A stretch of 42,550 nucleotides of DNA, from contig JANYIU010000316.1 in the NCBI GenBank assembly GCA_025361955.1, positions 1-42,550 on the forward strand, written 5' to 3'. Of this stretch, positions 8,081-16,445 are shown one piece after another. This stretch comes from Holophagaceae bacterium (GTDB lineage: Bacteria; Acidobacteriota; Holophagae; Holophagales; Holophagaceae). The notes under the pieces were generated by a model, which did no database searches, had not been told where the DNA came from, and saw only the letters and a list, made by a program, of their open reading frames with translations. A program made the position numbers and the translations under genes. Each line of letters opens with the position of its first letter. The stretch's first letter is position 1.

Positions 8081-9688
8081 CTAAAACCGGAAGACTCCCG
8101 TTCGGGTCTCTTCGAACGGGGTGCTGAGTGTGCAGGCGAGGCTGGTGGCCAGGATGCTCCGGGTCCCTCGCAGGTCGATGATGCCGTCGTCCCAAAGCCG
8201 GGCCGAGGCGAAGCTGGGCTGCCCCTCCCGCTCATAGGTCGCTCGGATGGGTGCGGCGATTCGTTCCGCTTCCTCCTCGGACAGGGTCTTCCCGGCCCGG
8301 AGCAGCTGCTCCCGCTTCACGGTCACCAGCACATGGGCCGCTTGTTCGCCACCCATGACGGAGATGCGCGAGCTGGGCCAGGTCCAGAGGAAGCGCGGTC
8401 CAAAAGCCCGCCCGCACATCCCGTAGTTCCCGGCCCCGAAACTGCTGCCCATCAGGAGCGTGATCTTCGGCACCTGGGCGGTGGCCACGGCGTGCACCAG
8501 CTTGGCCCCGTCCTTGGCGATGCCACCCCGCTCATACTGGGCGCCGACCATGAAGCCAGTGATGTTCTGCAGGAACAGCAGGGGCAGTTTCTGGGTGGTG
8601 CAGAGCTGGATGAAGTGGGTGGCCTTGAGGGCACTCTCACTGAAGAGAACGCCATTGTTGGCGAGGATCCCGCAGGGCATCCCCTCCAGGTGAGCGAAGC
8701 CCGTGACGAGGGTGGTCCCGTAGCGGGCCTTGAACTCTGTGAAGCGACTGCCATCCACTAGGCGCGCCAGGACCTCGCGCACGTCGATCTGGCGACGGGG
8801 GTCGCGGGGCCAGACGCCGAGCAGTTCCTCTGGATCGTAGGCAGGCGGCTCCGGGGTGCGCAGTTCCACCCGCGCCTGCTCATGGGCACCGAGGTGGGAG
8901 ACCAGCTCCCGCAAGATCGCCACAGCCTGCTCGTCATTCTCCGCGAAGTGGTCGGCCACCCCCGAAAGCTCCGTGTGGACGCGACTGCCGCCCAGTTCTT
9001 CCGCGAACACGTCCTCACCGGTAGCCGCCTTCACCAGCGGCGGTCCCCCCAGGAAGATGGTCCCGGTGCCCTTGACGATGACCGTCTGGTCGCTCATGGC
9101 GGGCACGTAAGCGCCCCCGGCGGTGCAGCTGCCCATGACGGCGGCGAGCTGGGGGATGCCTCGGGCGGAAAGATTGGCCTGATTGTAGAAAATGCGACCG
9201 AAGTGTTCCCGGTCCGGGAAGACCTCCGCCTGCATGGGCAGGAAGGCCCCGCCGCTATCCACGAGATAGAGGCACGGCAAGCGATTCTCCAGGGCGATCT
9301 CCTGGGCCCGCAGGTGTTTCTTCACCGTCAGCGGATAGTATGTGCCGCCTTTAACCGTGGCGTCGTTGGCGACGATCATGCAGAGGCGGCCCTGGACCAT
9401 GCCCACCCCGGCCACGAGTCCCGCTGAAGGAATGGGCTCCCCATAGACCTCATGGGCCGCAAACAGCCCTACCTCCAGGAACGGTGTCCCGGCGTCGCAG
9501 AGCGCCGCGATGCGGTCCCGTACGAACAGCTTGCCATGCTCCCGATGGCGGGCCTGGGCCCTCTCGCCCCCACCCTGGCGGAGGGTTTCCTTTTGGCTCG
9601 CCAGTTCCTCACAAAGGGCGAGGTTGTGCTGGCGATTGAGCCGGTATTCCTCCGCGGCGATGCTGAGATGGCTGACGATGAGGGTCAC
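8081..9688 (-). CDS. acyl-CoA carboxylase carboxyltransferase (beta) subunit, methylcrotonyl-/geranyl-CoA carboxylase type
   Basis: 535-aa carboxyl-transferase with two crotonase-like halves. Motifs [15 protein letters not shown] and [11 protein letters not shown]. Operon context. Confidence 0.85.
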   Translation of the reverse strand: MTLIVSHLSIAAEEYRLNRQHNLALCEELASQKETLRQGGGERAQARHREHGKLFVRDRIAALCDAGTPFLEVGLFAAHEVYGEPIPSAGLVAGVGMVQGRLCMIVANDATVKGGTYYPLTVKKHLRAQEIALENRLPCLYLVDSGGAFLPMQAEVFPDREHFGRIFYNQANLSARGIPQLAAVMGSCTAGGAYVPAMSDQTVIVKGTGTIFLGGPPLVKAATGEDVFAEELGGSRVHTELSGVADHFAENDEQAVAILRELVSHLGAHEQARVELRTPEPPAYDPEELLGVWPRDPRRQIDVREVLARLVDGSRFTEFKARYGTTLVTGFAHLEGMPCGILANNGVLFSESALKATHFIQLCTTQKLPLLFLQNITGFMVGAQYERGGIAKDGAKLVHAVATAQVPKITLLMGSSFGAGNYGMCGRAFGPRFLWTWPSSRISVMGGEQAAHVLVTVKREQLLRAGKTLSEEEAERIAAPIRATYEREGQPSFASARLWDDGIIDLRGTRSILATSLACTLSTPFEETRTGVFRF

Positions 9689-9703
9689 GGGGAATCTCCG
9701 GTT

Positions 9704-10861
9704 TCAGAATTCGTCCAGCAGGTACTGTCCGATCACCATGCGCTGGACCTCGCTGGTGCCCTCACCGATGGTGCAGAGCTTCACATCGCGATAGTACTTT
9801 TCCACCGGGAAGTCCTTGCTGTAGCCATAGCCTCCGTGGATCTGCACGGCTTCGTCAGCCACTCTACAGGCGATCTCGGAGCTGTAGAGCTTGGCGATGC
9901 TGGCGGCCTTGCCGTAGGGCAGCCCCCGGTCCTTCAGATCCGCGGCCTTGTAAATGAGCAGCCGCGCGGCTTCCACCATCACCTGCATATCCGCCAGCTT
10001 GAACAGGATGGCCTGGTGCTCGGCGAGGGCTTTGCCGAAGGCATGGCGGCTCTTGGCGTAGCGCACGCTCGCCTCGAAGGCCCCCTGCGCCATGCCCAGG
10101 GCCAGGGCCCCGATGCTGATGCGGCCCCCGTCCAGGGTCTTCATGGCCTGGTGGAAGCCCACGCCCTCTTCGCCCAGGAGGTTCGCTTCCGGCACCTTCA
10201 CATCCTCCAGGATCAGCTCAGAGGTATCGCTGGCCCGCATGCCCAGCTTGTTTTCCTGCTTGCCCGCCCGGAACCCGTTCATGCCCTTCTCCAGGACGAA
10301 GGCACTGATGCCGTCAGACCCTCCCTTGCCGGACCGGGCTGGCCGGGTGCGGGCCATCACCACGAAAATTTCCGCCACCGCGCCGTGGGTGATGAAGTTC
10401 TTGGTGCCATTCAGGACCCAATGAGAGCCTTCCTTCTGCGCATGCGTTTGCAGGGCCCCGGCATCGCTGCCAGCCCCGGGCTCGGTCAGTCCCCAGGCCC
10501 CCAGCATCTGGCCGCTGGCCAGGGGCACGAGGTACTGCCGCCGTTGGGCTTCATTGCCCATGGTGTAGAGATGGTTGCCACAAAGGCTGTTGTGGGCCGC
10601 AACGCTAAGACCGATGCTGCCGTCCACCCGGGAGAGTTCCTCCACCACCACGGCGTACTCGAGGTAGCCCATCCCGGCGCCACCGTATTCCTCCGGGAAG
10701 ATGATCCCAAGCATCCCCATCTCCCCGAGTTTTTTCAAGATCGCCATGGGAAAGGTTCGGGTCTCGTCCCAAATCATGACCTGAGGCCGGATCTCCCGCT
10801 CCGCAAACCTCCTCACCTCAGCCCGAAGGGCCTCCACGTGATCTGGGAGTGTGAAATCCAC
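9704..10861 (-). CDS. acyl-CoA dehydrogenase, isovaleryl-CoA dehydrogenase-like
   Basis: 385 aa with GLTEPGAGSD, a YRDVKL.TIGEGTSEVQRMVIG C-terminal catalytic-base region, and a typical ACAD length. It is the first gene of the carboxylase operon. Confidence 0.85.
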   Translation of the reverse strand: MDFTLPDHVEALRAEVRRFAEREIRPQVMIWDETRTFPMAILKKLGEMGMLGIIFPEEYGGAGMGYLEYAVVVEELSRVDGSIGLSVAAHNSLCGNHLYTMGNEAQRRQYLVPLASGQMLGAWGLTEPGAGSDAGALQTHAQKEGSHWVLNGTKNFITHGAVAEIFVVMARTRPARSGKGGSDGISAFVLEKGMNGFRAGKQENKLGMRASDTSELILEDVKVPEANLLGEEGVGFHQAMKTLDGGRISIGALALGMAQGAFEASVRYAKSRHAFGKALAEHQAILFKLADMQVMVEAARLLIYKAADLKDRGLPYGKAASIAKLYSSEIACRVADEAVQIHGGYGYSKDFPVEKYYRDVKLCTIGEGTSEVQRMVIGQYLLDEF

Positions 10862-11008
10862 GGTTCCCCCTGCTCGTCATTCGGGCCATTGGATGCCTCG
10901 TCGGGGCGTGATGAAGCGTCCAAACATGGAAGATTCAAGACGTTTTCCGCTCCGGGGCATCCAACCTTACGAAACCGGGATTCCAGGTACCATGCCGGAG
11001 CTTCACTA

Positions 11009-11055
11009 CCTTTCAGAACAATGCTGGGAGTCCTTTCAGGACAATGCTGGGAGTC
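11009..11055 (+). repeat. 23-bp tandem duplication (two copies, one mismatch) covering the pntAA ribosome-binding region
   Basis: CCTTTCAGAACAATGCTGGGAGTC (11009-11032) and CCTTTCAGGACAATGCTGGGAGTC (11032-11055) share the boundary C. Confidence 0.85.
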
Positions 11056-11058
11056 GCT

Positions 11059-12216
11059 ATGAAACTGGCAGTTCCGCGTGAGCTCCGGGCGGATGAACGG
11101 CGGGTGGCGCTTGTCCCCGAATCCGTGAAGAAACTGGTCAAGGCGGGCATTGCCGTGACCGTGGAGCGGAACGCAGGGCTCGCCTCCTTCTTCGCCGACG
11201 AGGCTTACCAGGAAGCAGGGGCCACCCTCGAGCAGGATAGCAAGGCCCTGTTTTCGGAGGCGGACCTGATCCTGAAGGTCAATGCCCCCGAAATGAATCC
11301 GCACCTAGGCCTCCACGAGGCCGATCTGATGCGGCCTGGGTCCATGCTCCTGACCACCCTGCTGCCCACGCGCAACCTCGACGCCGTGACCAGGCTGGCG
11401 GCGCGCAAGGTGACGGCCTTCTCCATGGACGCCATTCCACGCATCACCCGGGCTCAGACGATGGACATCCTTTCCTCCATGGCCTCCATCGCCGGCTACA
11501 AGGCTGTCCTTCTGGCGGCCAATGCACTGCCCAAATACTTCCCCATGTTCATGACCGCGGCGGGCACCGTGCTTCCAGCCAAGGTCTTCGTGATCGGCGC
11601 TGGGGTTGCAGGCTTGCAAGCCATCGCCACTGCCCGTCGCCTGGGCGCGGTGGTGGAAGCCACCGATACGCGACCGGCGGTGCAGACTGAGATCGAAAGC
11701 CTTGGGGCCAAGTACGTGGGCGTCGCCACGAACGAGCAGTCCCAGGACGCAGGGGGCTACGCCAAGGAACTTTCCGAGCAGTTCTACCGGCAGCAGTCCG
11801 AGCTCATCGCCCAGCACTGCGGCAGTTCCGACGTCGTGATCACCACGGCCCTCATCGGCGGCGTGAAGGCTCCCCGACTCATCAGTGCGGAGATGGTGGA
11901 GCGAATGAAACCGGGATCGGTCATCGTGGACCTGGCGGCCGTGGGCGGCGGGAACTGCGAACTGACACGTCCTGGCGAGACCGTGGAACACAATGGCATC
12001 AAGATTTTCGGCCCCCTCAACCTGCCTTCGGAGATGCCCTTCCACGGGAGTCTGCTCTACTCCCGGAATCTCGCAGCCTTCGTTCTGGCCTTCTGGAAGG
12101 ACAGTGTCTTCCAGCTGGACCTGACGGACGAGATCCTGAAGGCAGCCACCATCACCCATGCCGGGCAGGTGCTCCACGCGCCCACCGCAAAGGCTCTGGA
12201 AGGATTCACCGCATGA
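11059..12216 (+). CDS. pntAA: NAD(P) transhydrogenase subunit alpha, part 1 (dI domain)
   Basis: Alanine-dehydrogenase/PNT fold with Rossmann motif VFVIGAGVAGLQAIATARRLGA. GGGAG lies 5 nt upstream of ATG 11059. The stop overlaps the next ATG (ATGA at 12213-12216). Confidence 0.85.
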   Translation: MKLAVPRELRADERRVALVPESVKKLVKAGIAVTVERNAGLASFFADEAYQEAGATLEQDSKALFSEADLILKVNAPEMNPHLGLHEADLMRPGSMLLTTLLPTRNLDAVTRLAARKVTAFSMDAIPRITRAQTMDILSSMASIAGYKAVLLAANALPKYFPMFMTAAGTVLPAKVFVIGAGVAGLQAIATARRLGAVVEATDTRPAVQTEIESLGAKYVGVATNEQSQDAGGYAKELSEQFYRQQSELIAQHCGSSDVVITTALIGGVKAPRLISAEMVERMKPGSVIVDLAAVGGGNCELTRPGETVEHNGIKIFGPLNLPSEMPFHGSLLYSRNLAAFVLAFWKDSVFQLDLTDEILKAATITHAGQVLHAPTAKALEGFTA

Positions 12217-12512
12217 ACCTCGACCTGCTACTCACCTACCTCTATGTATTCGTGCTGGCGACCTTCCTGGGACTGGAGATCATCCGGCGGGTCTCGCCGA
12301 TGCTGCATACGCCGCTGATGTCCCTCACCAACGCCATCTCCGCCATCGCCGTGGTGGGCTCCATCGTCATCGCGGGCGAGCAGAAGACCACGCTCACCAC
12401 CGTGCTGGGCACCCTCGCCGTCACTGCCTCCATGATCAACATCGTCAGCGGCTACCTGATCACCTATCGCATGCTGTCGATGTTCAAGAAGGGTAAGCCG
12501 GTGAAGCGATGA
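12213..12512 (+). CDS. pntAB: NAD(P) transhydrogenase subunit alpha, part 2 (membrane dII part)
   Basis: 99-aa hydrophobic protein between pntAA and pntB, with ATGA overlaps at both ends (12213-12216 and 12509-12512). Confidence 0.85.
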   Translation: MNLDLLLTYLYVFVLATFLGLEIIRRVSPMLHTPLMSLTNAISAIAVVGSIVIAGEQKTTLTTVLGTLAVTASMINIVSGYLITYRMLSMFKKGKPVKR

Positions 12513-13888
12513 GCCTCGGCACCTGGATCGAAGTCGCCTACATCTTTTCCGCCGCCTGTTTCGTCCTGGCCCTCAAGTGGCTCAGCGCCGTGCCCACGGC
12601 TCGCCGGGGCGTCATCACCGGCGTCCTTGGCATGGCGCTGGCGGTAGGTGGCACCCTGCTGCGTCCCGAGATCGAGAGCTACAGGTGGATCGCCACGGCC
12701 TTCGTGATCGGCACGGTCATCGGCGTGCCCATGGCCATGATGCCCATGACCGCCGTACCCCAGCGGACCGCCCTCTCCCATGCCTTCGGCGCCCTTGCGG
12801 CGGCGCTGGTCGGCACCGCCGAATACGTCCTTAACACGCACCTGAGCAGCTTCACCATGGGCGCCCTGGCCATCGAGGTGGTCCTGGGGTTCCTCACCTT
12901 CACGGCGAGCCTGATGGCCTTCGGCAAGCTCCAGGAGATCCTGCCCCAGCGTCCCATCACGTACAAAGGGCAGAACTTCGTCAACGTCGGCATCCTGGTC
13001 TTGGCCATCGGAACGGCCATCTACCTGATCGTCCATCCGGGGAGCCTCATTCTGTTCCTCTTCATGGGCGCCCTCGCCCTGGTCTTCGGGGTGCTCCTGA
13101 TCATCCCCATCGGGGGCGCCGACATGCCCACGGTGATCTCCCTGCTCAACGCCTATGCGGGACTGGCGGCCTCGGCCATGGGCTTCGTGCTCAACAACAA
13201 GCTCCTGATCATCGCGGGCGCACTGGATGGGAGCTCCGGGCTGATCCTGTCGATCATCATGTGCAAGGCCATGAACCGGTCCTTTTCGAATGTCCTCTTC
13301 GGCGCCTTCGGCCAAGCCCAAGTTGTTCTTGCGGAAACCCAGCAGAAGAGCCACCGGAGCGCCACCGCGGAGGAAGCCGCCAGCCTGCTCCTGAATGCGA
13401 GCTCCGTGATGATCGTCCCCGGCTATGGCATGGCCGTGGCCCAGGCCCAGCACAAGGTGCGGGAACTTTTCGACCTGCTCACAAAGAATGGAATCAGCGT
13501 CAAATTCGCCATCCACCCCGTGGCGGGACGCATGCCGGGACACATGAACGTGCTCCTGGCCGAGGCCAACATTCCCTACGATGCCTTGCTGGAAATGGAG
13601 GACGCCAATTCCGAACTGCCCCAGACGGACGTGGCCCTGGTCATTGGCGCCAACGATGTGACTAATCCGGCAGCCCGACATGACCAAGCCAGCCCCATCT
13701 ATGGCATGCCCATCATCAATACGGACAGGGCCCGCACCGTGCTGGTCATCAAGCGCAGCATGAATCCCGGGTTCGCGGGCATCGACAACGAACTCTACTA
13801 TCTGGATCGCACTCTGATGCTGTTCGGGGATGCCAAGAGCTTCGTATCGGACCTGGTCAAGGAGGTTCAGGGCCAGTTGGCGACCTGA
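12509..13888 (+). CDS. pntB: NAD(P) transhydrogenase subunit beta
   Basis: N-terminal membrane domain plus a C-terminal dIII domain with PGYGMAVAQAQH and IGANDVTNPAA motifs. Confidence 0.9.
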   Translation: MSLGTWIEVAYIFSAACFVLALKWLSAVPTARRGVITGVLGMALAVGGTLLRPEIESYRWIATAFVIGTVIGVPMAMMPMTAVPQRTALSHAFGALAAALVGTAEYVLNTHLSSFTMGALAIEVVLGFLTFTASLMAFGKLQEILPQRPITYKGQNFVNVGILVLAIGTAIYLIVHPGSLILFLFMGALALVFGVLLIIPIGGADMPTVISLLNAYAGLAASAMGFVLNNKLLIIAGALDGSSGLILSIIMCKAMNRSFSNVLFGAFGQAQVVLAETQQKSHRSATAEEAASLLLNASSVMIVPGYGMAVAQAQHKVRELFDLLTKNGISVKFAIHPVAGRMPGHMNVLLAEANIPYDALLEMEDANSELPQTDVALVIGANDVTNPAARHDQASPIYGMPIINTDRARTVLVIKRSMNPGFAGIDNELYYLDRTLMLFGDAKSFVSDLVKEVQGQLAT

Positions 13889-13982
13889 TTTGTTGACGGG
13901 GCGATATCATTGTGGCGGGGCGATTATCCTGCGGATGGGTGAGCCGAATGGGAACTGACGCTTAGTGATTGCAAGGAAGCTG

Positions 13983-14363
13983 ATGCAGACGCCACTGATC
14001 GAACTATTCGCGGAGCGGGGACGCATCAAGCTGCGCCTCTGCTGCATTCGGATGGGTGAGGATCTCTGCCTGACCCTGTCCGGGGGTGACCAGGAACACA
14101 TCGGGGCTGTGGCCTTGAGCCAGCCGAACGCCACAGAAAAGAGCAGCGCCACCACCGCCGTGCTCGCCTGCCCCGGGCACAGGGAGAGTGACCTGGCCAG
14201 CAGCCTCGCCGCCCGGGTGGCCGCGCACATGGGTGCTGTGGTCTGTGTCGCCTGCGGCATCCATGTGGACGCCATCCTGCCCAATGAACTGAACGATGTT
14301 CTTGAACTGTCGGAGGACTTGACGAAGAACCTACTCGAGCGATTGTCGGTTCACAGGGATTGA
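13983..14363 (+). CDS. LpdD-like protein (family proposed as a prenylated-flavin chaperone of UbiD-type decarboxylases)
   Basis: SGGDQEHIGAVAL...AVLACPGHRESDLA...VACGIHVD matches my recollection of the LpdD-family pattern GG..(P/E)HIG.v...(p)gH.(E/D)......aGIH.d. AGGA lies 5 nt upstream of ATG 13983; the ORF-track start at 13965 is a GTG. Confidence 0.5.
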   Translation: MQTPLIELFAERGRIKLRLCCIRMGEDLCLTLSGGDQEHIGAVALSQPNATEKSSATTAVLACPGHRESDLASSLAARVAAHMGAVVCVACGIHVDAILPNELNDVLELSEDLTKNLLERLSVHRD

Positions 14364-14448
14364 ACAGAATCTCTAGCGCCGCTGACTGCCTCACCGGAGC
14401 AGGTTTCCTGACCCTGCGGTAGGGAGTCCTGCTTGCGAAGGTCCAGGC

Positions 14449-15696
14449 TCATGGCAGCTCTCCCTGGAGCCCCGGCGCCACGACTTGATTATCCCAACGG
14501 TGCAGCAAGGCGTAGCCCGCGACGCAGCCCAGGGCCACCAGGGCCGTGACCAGCCAAGACACATGGATGCCCGCGTGGGTGATGATGGCGCCGAAAACAA
14601 CCGGAGAAAGCAGACGGCCCACGCTGGCCATGAATTCCCGGATGGACTGGAACCGCCCCCGGAAATTCCGCGGCGTGTGGCTCGCCAGGTAGGCACCGGT
14701 GTTGGTGGCGAGGAGCACCTCACCAAGAGTCCAGATGAGGGTCGAGGTGGCCAGGAGCACCCGACCGAGGCGGAAAGCCATCATCACGAACCCCACGGCA
14801 TAGAGTCCCGCCCCGAGGCTCATGGTCAGGGGTCCGGAAAGGCGATGGGTCAGCCTCGTGAGAACGGCCGTGGAACTCAGCACGACCAGGGCATTGAAGG
14901 ACATCAGGAAGCCGAAGTTCGCCGCGCCGCGCGCACCGAAGACCTCTGAGGTGTAGAGGGTGAGTCCGAAGCTGGTCTGACCGTAGGCGAAGCTCACGAA
15001 CAGGGAGATGATGCAGAAGGTCACGAGCAGGGGACGCTCCAGAAAAGCCTTGAAGGCGCTCCCGCCCACGGCGCGCTCGGGGCCAGCATCCGGTGCGGAA
15101 GGATCCGTCCGGGTGTCCGGAATCAGTCTGAGCAGCAGGACGAGGGCAATCAGCAGGGCGAAGCTGTTGCCGAAGAACACCCAGGTCAGGTGGTTCTCAA
15201 AGAGGAAGCCCGCGAACATGGGACCGATGGCGACGCCAAGGTTGATGCCCAGATAGCTGAGGGAGAAGGCCTCTTTGCGCGAATCCTGGGGGCAGAGGTC
15301 CATGATGATCGCGGCGATGATGGGCTTCATGGAGCCCTGGAAGAAGGCAGCGACCACCAGGACGCGCGGGATGAGCATGGTGGGGGGTAGGAAGCCGCAG
15401 AAGCCCGTGAGCAGGCCCGTCCCCACGATGCAGGCGGCCAGGACATGCTTCCGGCCCAGATGATCACTCACTTTTCCCGCCGCCAACGTGCCCAACAGCC
15501 CGCTGGCCACGTTGGTCATGATCCATACGCCTGCCGCGACGCCGCTGAGTCCGAGTCGCCGGGTGAGGAGCAGCGTGAGGAAGGGGAAGACGAAATCCCC
15601 ACCCCGGAGGATGACCTGGATGAGAAAGATCGCCCAGATCGACCGAGGAAGATCGCGGTATCCGCCGAGAAGAAACCGGGCGATGCCACGAATCAT
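14449..15696 (-). CDS. MFS transporter
   Basis: 415 aa with about 12 hydrophobic segments and a typical MFS loop (LTRRLG) after TM2. The ATG overlaps the stop of the GNAT gene (ATGA at 15693-15696). Confidence 0.8.
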   Translation of the reverse strand: MIRGIARFLLGGYRDLPRSIWAIFLIQVILRGGDFVFPFLTLLLTRRLGLSGVAAGVWIMTNVASGLLGTLAAGKVSDHLGRKHVLAACIVGTGLLTGFCGFLPPTMLIPRVLVVAAFFQGSMKPIIAAIIMDLCPQDSRKEAFSLSYLGINLGVAIGPMFAGFLFENHLTWVFFGNSFALLIALVLLLRLIPDTRTDPSAPDAGPERAVGGSAFKAFLERPLLVTFCIISLFVSFAYGQTSFGLTLYTSEVFGARGAANFGFLMSFNALVVLSSTAVLTRLTHRLSGPLTMSLGAGLYAVGFVMMAFRLGRVLLATSTLIWTLGEVLLATNTGAYLASHTPRNFRGRFQSIREFMASVGRLLSPVVFGAIITHAGIHVSWLVTALVALGCVAGYALLHRWDNQVVAPGLQGELP

Positions 15697-16445
15697 GACA
15701 GTGCCTTCTTAACGCGGTACCAGTAGGGATACGCCGGGGTGTAGCCAAGCTGGCGGTAGAGCTCTTCGGCCGGCCGATTGCCCCGGAAGACCTGGAGGTA
15801 GGAGCGGTGCGCGCCCGCGGTGGCGGCCTCGGCGAGGGTGCTCGCCATGATCCGGCGACCCAGCCCCCGGCCACGCAGATCTTGTCGCACGGCCACATCG
15901 AAGACTCCCGCCCAGCCATCCTCCACGACAGTCAGGGCACAAGCCACTGGACCGTCCTCACCCTCGAGGAGTACGAACCGGCGCGGGGGCACGATGTGAT
16001 CCATGATGGCTTGGGCGGCGGCGGCCTGCCGTTCGTTGAGCCCGCCAGTGGCTGAGTAGAAGGCAAACCACGGGTTGTCGAGGCTCTCGGTCACCCGGAT
16101 CCGGAGATCGTCGGGAAGCACGACTTCCTTTGACTGGAGTTTCTCCAACACCAGCACGGAGGTGTCCGCCTCGTAAACGTAGCCGCGTCGCTCCAGCTCA
16201 GCGTCGAGCTCCTCAGGGAGGGCCGCGGAGGTGAGTTTGAAGATAGGTTCGGCCCCCCGGGAGAAGGCCAAAGCCTCGCACTGGGCGATCTTTTCGGCCA
16301 GGGATTCCGTGCCGGGGTACAGCGGCAGGACGCAGTTGGCGCGGCGGGAGTACCCTTCCGCAAAGCGAATGATCCAGCCGTCGACCAGGACGGATCTCAG
16401 GCCAGGCCAAGCATTGGCGGACAGTTCCTCCAGCCTGCGGATCAT
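15693..16445 (-). CDS. GNAT-family N-acetyltransferase (two-lobed, about 250 aa)
   Basis: C-terminal acetyl-CoA-binding motif VRQDLRGRGLGRRIM (R/Q-x-x-G-x-G/A). ATGA overlaps at both gene junctions. Confidence 0.75.
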   Translation of the reverse strand: MIRRLEELSANAWPGLRSVLVDGWIIRFAEGYSRRANCVLPLYPGTESLAEKIAQCEALAFSRGAEPIFKLTSAALPEELDAELERRGYVYEADTSVLVLEKLQSKEVVLPDDLRIRVTESLDNPWFAFYSATGGLNERQAAAAQAIMDHIVPPRRFVLLEGEDGPVACALTVVEDGWAGVFDVAVRQDLRGRGLGRRIMASTLAEAATAGAHRSYLQVFRGNRPAEELYRQLGYTPAYPYWYRVKKALS

